This document shows, one piece after another, positions 56,995 through 64,000 of a stretch of DNA of 64,000 nt. The DNA lies in assembly GCA_016192985.1 (NCBI GenBank), contig JACPTC010000017.1, forward strand, positions 65,766 through 129,765. Direction: 5' to 3'. The first letter of the stretch is position 1. Every line of letters starts with the position of its first letter. Below the pieces are notes generated by a model. That model searched no databases. It saw only the letters and a list, made by a program, of their open reading frames with translations, and was not told the origin of the DNA. The position numbers and the translations under genes are program-made. Origin of the DNA: Candidatus Woesearchaeota archaeon. Its GTDB lineage: Archaea > Nanobdellota > Nanobdellia > Woesearchaeales > GW2011-AR4.

Positions 56995-58092
56995 ATGATT
57001 AAGATTGATGGGAGCTATGGAGAGGCTGGCGGACAAATCGTGCGAACAGCATTAGCCCTTTCCACAATCACCCAAAAACCATTTGAGATTTATGACATTA
57101 GAAAAGGGCGCAAAGACTCTGGACTGAAAAGCCAGCATTTGTATTGTGCAAAAGCCCTTCAGGAGCTTTGCAGCGCTGATATAGAAGGAGCAGAGCTTGG
57201 CTCTTTATATTTGAAATATCATCCAAAAAAGATTGTTGCTAAAAATCTGGACATAGACATTGAAACTGCTGGCTCCATAACGTTGTTGCTTCAGGCTTTG
57301 TTATTGCCCTCAATATTCCTAAGCAAGCCAATCACAATAACCATAAGCGGGGGCACAGATACAAGATGGAGCATGCCTTTTGACTACTTCTTCAATGTTT
57401 TGCTGCCGCAACTCCAGCGATTTGCTAAAATAGAAGCTAAATTGTTGAAGAGAGGATACTATCCAAAAGGCAATGGCAAAGTTGAAATTAAAATAGCCTC
57501 AAAATACAAGTTAAATGATTTTTCTAGTTTTGATGAATTTCACAAACATTTAATACAAAATGTTCAGAAATATAATTTAATAGAACAACATTACTTAATT
57601 CAAATAAAAGGCATTTCGCACGCATCAAGTAATCTGCAAAATGCTAAAGTTGCAGAAAGACAGGCAGAATTTGCTAGGAACATGCTAAAATCTAAATATA
57701 ATATCCCAATAAACATATCAACTCAGTACCAAGAAACCTTATCAACAGGCTCTGGCATCACTTTATGGGCGATTTTTTCAAAAGATAAAGATGACATTGA
57801 TGAAAATAATCCGATTAGGCTTGGTGCAGACGCTCTTGGCGAGCAAGGCAAAAGAGCAGAAATTGTTGCAGAAGAAGCAGCCAAGAACTTAATCATGGAA
57901 ATTGAAAGCAAAGCTCCCGTAGACATGCATCTTGCAGACCAAATATTGCCATTCGCGGGATTAATTGGAAATTCAAAAATTAAAGTTTCTGAAATAACAA
58001 ACCACTGCAGGACAAATATTTATACAATAAACCAGTTTCTTGGACAAGTTTTTGAAATTGATGAAGAGAATAATATCCTATCGATTGACTGA
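56995..58092 (+). CDS. rtcA: RNA 3'-terminal phosphate cyclase
   Basis: MIKIDGSYGEAGGQIVRTALALS N-terminus and ...HLADQ motifs; 365 aa. Confidence 0.85.
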   Translation: MIKIDGSYGEAGGQIVRTALALSTITQKPFEIYDIRKGRKDSGLKSQHLYCAKALQELCSADIEGAELGSLYLKYHPKKIVAKNLDIDIETAGSITLLLQALLLPSIFLSKPITITISGGTDTRWSMPFDYFFNVLLPQLQRFAKIEAKLLKRGYYPKGNGKVEIKIASKYKLNDFSSFDEFHKHLIQNVQKYNLIEQHYLIQIKGISHASSNLQNAKVAERQAEFARNMLKSKYNIPINISTQYQETLSTGSGITLWAIFSKDKDDIDENNPIRLGADALGEQGKRAEIVAEEAAKNLIMEIESKAPVDMHLADQILPFAGLIGNSKIKVSEITNHCRTNIYTINQFLGQVFEIDEENNILSID

Positions 58093-58134
58093 AACAACAA
58101 CATTTTTAAATCAAAATCTTATCCCAAAAATAAA

Positions 58135-58311
58135 ATGGCAGAAAAACATGCAGTATGCACTTCATGCAAGAAGAGAATAAGCAACACAATAGGCTCAACT
58201 AGGTTTATGTGCCCCAAGTGCGCTAAGGTGGAAATTGTAAGATGCAATCATTGCAGAGAAATAGCTGCGCATTACAGATGTTCCAGTTGTGGCTTTGAAG
58301 GACCTAATTGA
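58135..58311 (+). CDS. Small zinc-ribbon protein (translation-associated Zn-ribbon typically found upstream of aEF-1beta)
   Basis: 58-aa ORF not in the ORF track (below its cutoff): MAEKHAVCTSCKK...CPKC...CNHC...CSSC, four CxxC pairs; stop at 58309-58311. Confidence 0.5.
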   Translation: MAEKHAVCTSCKKRISNTIGSTRFMCPKCAKVEIVRCNHCREIAAHYRCSSCGFEGPN

Positions 58312-58313
58312 AT

Positions 58314-58592
58314 ATGGCGAAGGTAGTTGTAACTTTCAGAATAATGCCCAAAGACCCCAGCATAGACTTGTCCGGATTAGAAAGCGGAATTAAAAAAGAG
58401 ATAGTGGATTTCTGCAGCTCTGAAGAATTTAAAACCAATATTGAGCCAATAGCATTTGGATTGAAGGCTCTCAAAATGATTTTTGTAATGGATGAAAGCA
58501 AAGGCAGCACAGAAGAGCTTGAAAACAGGATAAGCCGCATTAATGGTATAGAATCTGTTGAAGTGGTTGATGTAAGAAGGGCAATTGGTTAG
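58314..58592 (+). CDS. Translation elongation factor 1-beta (aEF-1beta)
   Basis: MAKVVVTFRIMPKDP ... GIESVEVVDVRRA, typical aEF-1beta; ATG at 58314 preferred over the upstream TTG. Confidence 0.8.
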   Translation: MAKVVVTFRIMPKDPSIDLSGLESGIKKEIVDFCSSEEFKTNIEPIAFGLKALKMIFVMDESKGSTEELENRISRINGIESVEVVDVRRAIG

Positions 58593-59344
58593 CTGAACAA
58601 TGTATACTCAAGCTCATCCAAGCTTGTGAATCCTAGGGCGGCAACATTGCCTTCTGCCGTCTTAACACATAAAGTCTGGCCCGAAAATAATTGCATAACT
58701 GCAACATCTGTAAAAATACAATCTTCTTTCTGGGCTTCTCTTATTGGCTTATCAATAGCATTTATTTGTGCAGGTGTTAACGCAGTGAAATGAAGGTAAG
58801 AATCATATTTTCTTGAAAATAGGTCGCTTTTATCTGTCCTTAGTTGTGTAAATTCCATCTTGTCAAAGTCATAATACATTGCAAAATAACTTAAGTTAAT
58901 TTTGCTGAATTTATGGTTTTCTGCAAATTCATTTTCAGGCTGGCTCTCATTGGCTGGCTCTTGGCTTGTCTTTTTTGTTTCTTTATCTTCCACAGGCTTT
59001 TCAGTTTCAAGTTTAAGCTGGATTAACTCCACATTAATTTCTTCTGTTCTTCCTACCCTTATAGCCACTGTTTTTTGAAAGTCCTTGTAACCCTCCTTTT
59101 TAGCTAACAGTGTATAAGACCCAACCGGGACGTTATAAATTGTGAATGGGGTGCTGCCTTTAAACTCTCCATCTATGTATACCTGTGCCAAGCTCGGTGT
59201 TGATTCGACAAAGAGAATGCCTGTGTCGCCAATTTCTTCTGTTTCTTGGGAAGTTTGTTTTTCTATTTTTTGAGCGCACCCTGCAGCAGATACAGCAAAA
59301 AATACCAGCAATACCAGCATGGTTATGATATTCTTGTTCTCCAT
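58589..59344 (-). CDS. Lipoprotein with PEGA domain
   Basis: Signal peptide with AAGC lipobox-like cysteine, PEGA-like ILFVESTPSLAQVYIDGEFKGSTPFTIYNVPVGSYTLLAKKEGY. Confidence 0.5.
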   Translation of the reverse strand: MENKNIITMLVLLVFFAVSAAGCAQKIEKQTSQETEEIGDTGILFVESTPSLAQVYIDGEFKGSTPFTIYNVPVGSYTLLAKKEGYKDFQKTVAIRVGRTEEINVELIQLKLETEKPVEDKETKKTSQEPANESQPENEFAENHKFSKINLSYFAMYYDFDKMEFTQLRTDKSDLFSRKYDSYLHFTALTPAQINAIDKPIREAQKEDCIFTDVAVMQLFSGQTLCVKTAEGNVAALGFTSLDELEYTLFS

Positions 59345-59377
59345 ATTTTCATATATTGGGCGCGATAATATAAAAAT

Positions 59378-60460
59378 CTATTTATTTTTCATCAAATTGA
59401 TTAACTTTGCAAGAGGCATATCGCTCCTTATACCTTCTCCTTTAAAATGAGTTTCGCTAGCCTGATAGCCTAATTTTCTTATTTTGCTTATTACAAATTC
59501 CTTTTTTTGCAAATGCTTTAATTTGTTTTTCCGGCAAATATCACTTAAATCATAAAAACCGACAGCATCAATTTTTGATTCATCTCTTATTATTTTTAAA
59601 AATCTGGTCAATTCTTTGTTGTTTTTGAAGAATTTATTTTTCAGAGCATTGACATATATTCTGCTTGTTAGATGCTTGTCCCATAAATTGCCGAGCCACA
59701 TGGGCCCCGCATTATTGAAATATCCATGGGATTTCAAGGTCTCGTCTGATTTATTTTTTCCTTTATAATTTTTTAGAAAAATCCTCATATAATGCTCTTT
59801 TGAATAAGAAAAAATTGGGATGAATGCCCTACTGAATTGTGCTGCAATGAGCTGTACTTTTCTTATTAAAATCCTTAAGCCTGTTTCATGCATCAAGGAA
59901 TCCCTTCTTGGCATTGCCCAGTACTTTCTCATGCAGGCTTTGGGGAATGTGCCGCACAACGCGCTTGTATCAGTTGCCGTGACTGCCAATATGCCGTCTC
60001 TTGACAGCCTTTTGCATGCTGCGTCAAGAAATAAGTTTGGCGTGCCGAATGGGTCAATATCAATATAATCAAGACCCATGGAATGCAAAAGAAAAATATT
60101 AGCATCGAGATTTTGAATTATAATATTATTATTCTGATCATATTTAATTTTATTTAATTCCAAATTTTCTTTAATGAGGCTTACAGCGCTCTTGTCATAG
60201 TCATTAATGCAAATTCTTTTAATTTTATTTTTATTCAATTCTTTCAAAAACCGGATGCTCCTGACTCCGGTTGCTGCCAAAGGATCCGCAATCTGCAAAT
60301 CAGTTTTATCAATAGAATTAAGCAGCAATACTGAAATATCCCTGTTTAGGCTCATTGCAGGGTTGTAAAAAACCCTCATTTCTTTTGATATTTTTTTCGT
60401 CTTTGGTATTTTTAATTTTGCAGAGCCTTCACTAATTATCGAGCGCATAAGGATAGTCAA
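59378..60460 (-). CDS. trm1: tRNA (guanine26-N2)-dimethyltransferase Trm1
   Basis: VFYNPAMSLNRDISV, DPFGTP and the overall TRM1 family layout; 360 aa. Confidence 0.85.
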   Translation of the reverse strand: MTILMRSIISEGSAKLKIPKTKKISKEMRVFYNPAMSLNRDISVLLLNSIDKTDLQIADPLAATGVRSIRFLKELNKNKIKRICINDYDKSAVSLIKENLELNKIKYDQNNNIIIQNLDANIFLLHSMGLDYIDIDPFGTPNLFLDAACKRLSRDGILAVTATDTSALCGTFPKACMRKYWAMPRRDSLMHETGLRILIRKVQLIAAQFSRAFIPIFSYSKEHYMRIFLKNYKGKNKSDETLKSHGYFNNAGPMWLGNLWDKHLTSRIYVNALKNKFFKNNKELTRFLKIIRDESKIDAVGFYDLSDICRKNKLKHLQKKEFVISKIRKLGYQASETHFKGEGIRSDMPLAKLINLMKNK

Positions 60461-60530
60461 CTCAGGCTTAAATAAAAATTTTTCTTATTGAGGATAAGTT
60501 TAAAAACCTAGTAGCTTTGCTTTGGGGTGA

Positions 60531-62300
60531 TTGAAAATGCTGCGCCAATTAATAATAACAGTAATGGGAAATGTTGATAGCGGCAAAACTCAACTGCTTG
60601 ACACAATTAGAGACACCTCTATTGTCGAGTCAGAGCCCGGCAGAATAACCCAGTGCATTGGATGCTCATTTATAACTGCGGATGTAATAAAAAAAATTTG
60701 CGGCAATCTGCTTCAAAAAACAAAGCTAGAGATAAAAATTCCTGGCTTTATTATATTGGACACGCCTGGCCATGCTGCTTTCACAAATCTCAGAAAAAGG
60801 GGCGGCAATCTTGCTGATATTGCAATTTTAGTGATTGATATTAATGAAGGTGTTAAGCTGCAGACGGAAGAGTGTATAGATATACTAAGGCAGTATAAAA
60901 CCCCTTTTGTCATTGCACTAAACAAAATTGATTTGCTGCCCGGATGGGTGTCAAAGTCTGGTGTTAATTTGCTGGACAACATTCAATCCCAGAGAGAGAA
61001 TGTTCTGATTTTTGTTGAAAAAAAACTTTATGAGGTTGTCGGCAGGATTAGCCAGTTTGGCTTTAATGCAGAAAGGTTTGACAGGATTGAGGATTATGCA
61101 AAACAAATTCCAATAATACCAATATCTGCAAAAACCACTGAAGGCTTGCCGGAGATTTTAATGGTATTGGCAGGTTTGTCGCAAAAATTTTTGGAAGAAA
61201 GCTTAAGAGTTGATGTTAAAGGCAGTGCAAAAGGAACAATACTTGATGTCAAAGAAGAAAGAGGCCTAGGAACAACAGTTGATGCCATAATCTATGATGG
61301 CTCCTTAATGCAGAATGATATGATTGTTATAGGCTCATTAAAAGAGCCAATCGTGACAAAAATCAAAGCTTTGTTTGAGCCTTTGCCGCTTGCAGAAATG
61401 CGTGATAAAAAGGCAAAGTTCAAGCCAGTAAAAGAGGTAACTGCAGCAACCGGCGTTAAAATTGCCGCTCCTGAGCTGGATAATGTTGTCGCAGGAATGC
61501 CATTGAGGAGCTGCCTGCCAAATGAGACTGAAAAGGTAAAGGAAGAAATACAAAAGGAAGTGGAGGAAGTTATAATAGAAACTGACAAGCAGGGAATTGT
61601 AATAAAGGCAGATTCGCTTGGCAGTTTGGAAGCGCTTGTTAAAATATTAAAAGAGAAGAATATTGAAATAAAAAAAGCCAGCATTGGCAATATTTCAAAA
61701 AAGGACCTTTCAGATGCAGAAACCAATTATGAAAAGTATCCGCTCCAGAGTTCAGTTCTTGGATTTAATGTAGGAATAATGCCGGAAGTTAGGGTTCCGT
61801 CTAATGTCAAAGTATTGACTAATGAGGTCATCTACAAACTCATAGAAGATTTTGAAAAATGGCAACAGGAAGAAAGGAAGATAATTGAGTCTAAAGAGAT
61901 AGAATTTTTAAACATGCCCTGCAAAATTCAGATAATGAAAGGTTATGTCTTTAGGCAGAGCAATCCCGCTATTGTTGGAGTAGAGGTGCTTACAGGTACT
62001 CTAAAAACAGGAGTTCCGCTAATGAAGAAAGACGGGGCAGCAATAACTGAGGTAAAAAGCATTCAGCAGGAGCAGGAAAATCTTGAGAAAGCTGAAAAAG
62101 GCAAACAAGTCGCTGTTTCATTGAGCAATGTCACAATAGGCAGGCAATTGCAGGAAGAGGATGTGCTATATTCAGCAATTCCAGAAGAGCATTTCAGGAA
62201 ATTCAAGGAGCTCAAGAAGCTTTTGAGCAATGATGAAATAGAAGTGCTCAAGGAAATAGCTGAGATAATGAGGAAAAGCAATCCAATGTGGGGAATTTGA
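60531..62300 (+). CDS. infB: Translation initiation factor aIF5B (IF2 homologue)
   Basis: G1 VMGNVDSGKT, DTPGH, NKID G-domain motifs and beta-barrel domains; 589 aa, no intein insertion. Confidence 0.85.
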   Translation: MKMLRQLIITVMGNVDSGKTQLLDTIRDTSIVESEPGRITQCIGCSFITADVIKKICGNLLQKTKLEIKIPGFIILDTPGHAAFTNLRKRGGNLADIAILVIDINEGVKLQTEECIDILRQYKTPFVIALNKIDLLPGWVSKSGVNLLDNIQSQRENVLIFVEKKLYEVVGRISQFGFNAERFDRIEDYAKQIPIIPISAKTTEGLPEILMVLAGLSQKFLEESLRVDVKGSAKGTILDVKEERGLGTTVDAIIYDGSLMQNDMIVIGSLKEPIVTKIKALFEPLPLAEMRDKKAKFKPVKEVTAATGVKIAAPELDNVVAGMPLRSCLPNETEKVKEEIQKEVEEVIIETDKQGIVIKADSLGSLEALVKILKEKNIEIKKASIGNISKKDLSDAETNYEKYPLQSSVLGFNVGIMPEVRVPSNVKVLTNEVIYKLIEDFEKWQQEERKIIESKEIEFLNMPCKIQIMKGYVFRQSNPAIVGVEVLTGTLKTGVPLMKKDGAAITEVKSIQQEQENLEKAEKGKQVAVSLSNVTIGRQLQEEDVLYSAIPEEHFRKFKELKKLLSNDEIEVLKEIAEIMRKSNPMWGI

Positions 62301-62317
62301 GTTTAATACAAATTAAA

Positions 62318-62770
62318 ATGCCAGAGCTAAAAATCCTCAACAGCAAGGAAATAAAGGAAATTCTCATGCTTATAGAAAGCCAATGGGGAGCTAAAATAAA
62401 ATTGGATTATGGTTTTTTAAAAAGCAGCAAAAACAGAGTCTTTGTGGTTAGCAAAAGCATTTCAGAAATTGACGTTTCAAAACTAAGGATTAATTCTGTG
62501 GGGATGTATTTTTGCGAAATTGACGGCAAAGGCATAAGGCTAAGCATTGAAGGCAGCCAGATTATAGGCCCAAAAGCAGCTAAAAACATTGCTGAGATTA
62601 ATGAAGAGGAAACAAAAAGATGGTTCAAGGGAGAGGATTTGGAAACTAAAGGAAATTATTCGGGATTTTTAATAATAAAAAATAAAAATGATTTTCTTGG
62701 AAGCGGAAAATACGCAAATGGAAGAATTTTGAATTATGTGGGGAAGACGAGAAGGGTTAATTTTATTTAA
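62318..62770 (+). CDS. Nip7-like (UPF0113) PUA-domain RNA-binding protein candidate
   Basis: About 150 aa; N-terminal ...KEIKEILMLIESQWG...RVFVVSK... and a C-terminal PUA-like GFLIIKNKNDFLGSGK; similarity is modest. Confidence 0.4.
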   Translation: MPELKILNSKEIKEILMLIESQWGAKIKLDYGFLKSSKNRVFVVSKSISEIDVSKLRINSVGMYFCEIDGKGIRLSIEGSQIIGPKAAKNIAEINEEETKRWFKGEDLETKGNYSGFLIIKNKNDFLGSGKYANGRILNYVGKTRRVNFI

Positions 62771-62794
62771 TATTTCTTGATTTAAATGCCGATA

Positions 62795-63943
62795 TTATAG
62801 TTGAGTTATAATTATAGGTTTTATGTCCCTTCCAAAAATTTGTTCGAGAATCTTAGCATAATGACTACGGAGTCCTCTTACATATTTACGTACCGTACTT
62901 CGTCTTTTATCATAATCGAGGTGACTTGTTCTACCTTCTACAAACTCATTTTCAAAATAAGTGCTCTTATCAACAATCTGTATTCCTCTTACAGAAGGCT
63001 CAAAACGACCTGCATTAGCGCCAGTAGGATGAGCTAAAACGACAACCTTCAGAGCCTTAAACCCGCTGGGTTTTGGTTTCTCATAAAAGTTTGTGGTATG
63101 GATATGTTCAACGTCAAAATTACCTATTCTCGGAGCGCTTCGTAAAAAGCTTTCGAATTCAAATACTTCATCTAAAGTACCAACGACTGGTCTATGTGCT
63201 ACCCAATCACTAATAGGTTGTTCAGTTCCTTCACCATTTTCTTGTATGCTGCCATAAGGTAAACTTGCCAACTTTAATAACTTACTCGCCAACGATGCTT
63301 TTTGTCTGTAGCTGGTATGAACAGGTGCATACTCCATATATTCCCCTATAGAAGGTGTACGAACTGGAGTCAGTACTATATAACCAGGTGTAGGAGAGAT
63401 AAATGGTACTAATTTTGTCATATCCAATTCACCATCTTTCATAAAACCTTTTTGTTCTAGTTCTCCCGCTTTAAAGTAAAAAAATCTTGAAGCAGCAATT
63501 GCAAAAGAACTAAATCCATTTGTTGCTGTTCCAACTCTATCTAAGAATTCTGTGGTTTGTTCTACTGTTACGCGCTCATCAATAGTTGTACTTCCGCTAT
63601 TTTTGAACAAAAGATAAGGGTTAAATCCAAAGTCTATTGGAATTATACTTTTAACTGGTTCAGAACCATGAAACATACCCTCAACCAGCATTACAACTCT
63701 TGCATCGCTACCGTATAAATGCCTGCTCAGATCTTGTGTAAATGGATATGTAGACGCATCTAAATCCCTAGCTTTAGTTTGGAATTCACTTTTCGCTTTA
63801 CTAACTAAACCCTCACCAAATCTTCTTTTTTCGCCAGCTAAAAATCCTTGCCGTGTATTAGCTATAATTTGATGAATAGCTGAGTCGGGTGAAACATAAT
63901 GACTCAATAAATGAGGTTCACCATTATGGTAATTTTTGCCCAT
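62795..63943 (-). CDS. Hypothetical protein with atypical (higher-GC) composition
   Basis: 382-aa uninterrupted ORF. Codon usage rich in cgt/gct/ggt/acc, unlike neighbouring AT-rich genes. No motif recognised. Confidence 0.4.
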   Translation of the reverse strand: MGKNYHNGEPHLLSHYVSPDSAIHQIIANTRQGFLAGEKRRFGEGLVSKAKSEFQTKARDLDASTYPFTQDLSRHLYGSDARVVMLVEGMFHGSEPVKSIIPIDFGFNPYLLFKNSGSTTIDERVTVEQTTEFLDRVGTATNGFSSFAIAASRFFYFKAGELEQKGFMKDGELDMTKLVPFISPTPGYIVLTPVRTPSIGEYMEYAPVHTSYRQKASLASKLLKLASLPYGSIQENGEGTEQPISDWVAHRPVVGTLDEVFEFESFLRSAPRIGNFDVEHIHTTNFYEKPKPSGFKALKVVVLAHPTGANAGRFEPSVRGIQIVDKSTYFENEFVEGRTSHLDYDKRRSTVRKYVRGLRSHYAKILEQIFGRDIKPIIITQL

Positions 63944-64000
63944 TCTTGTATACTTCCAAATAACTAATACTTAAATCTTTCTATAATTTTCTACTTAAAA

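Noticed and set aside
60531-62300. Possible intein in aIF5B (a common intein host)
   Set aside because: 589 aa with contiguous G-domain motifs; no Cys/Ser...HN insert or LAGLIDADG motif.
1-64000. CRISPR arrays or cas genes
   Set aside because: No regularly spaced short direct repeats and no cas-like ORFs anywhere in the window.

Overview
Low-GC (about 33%) archaeal genome segment. The archaeal call rests on RpoE'/Spt4, S24e, S27ae, stalk proteins P0/P1, L1, aIF5B, aEF-1beta, NAC, Sec61beta and Trm1, plus an SRP RNA (5' and 3' ends pair, TATA-like box and oligo-T terminator) and a type-A-like RNase P RNA (CR-I/CR-V-like motifs and a P1 pairing). The gene set and compact layout suggest a small-genome archaeon, possibly DPANN-like, but this is untested. 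Positions about 850-39,500 form one large surface-glycan biosynthesis island. It contains many SDR epimerases/dehydratases, five GT2s, a GT4, a GT9 heptosyltransferase, two GT-C-like membrane proteins and a YfhO-like protein. It also contains a Wzx-like flippase, two DegT-family aminotransferases with a formyltransferase, a split RfaE-like kinase and nucleotidyltransferase, WecB, an AsnB-like amidotransferase, a B12-binding radical SAM enzyme, SAM methyltransferases and a NUDIX hydrolase. Two sugar-tailoring enzymes in this island, a TylCIII-like C-methyltransferase and a NodU/CmcH-like carbamoyltransferase, are each interrupted by a full-length intein with a LAGLIDADG homing-endonuclease domain. 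A third, free-standing LAGLIDADG gene sits exactly between the P0 and P1 genes. Other oddities: a gmd-like gene split by an apparent 17-nt insertion, an SDR gene with no canonical start codon, a 1030-aa secreted Cys-rich protein with internal DNA repeats, an orphan bacterial-type histidine kinase, a GC-atypical terminal gene, and a 340-nt hairpin-rich non-coding region. No CRISPR array, rRNA or convincing canonical tRNA was found.
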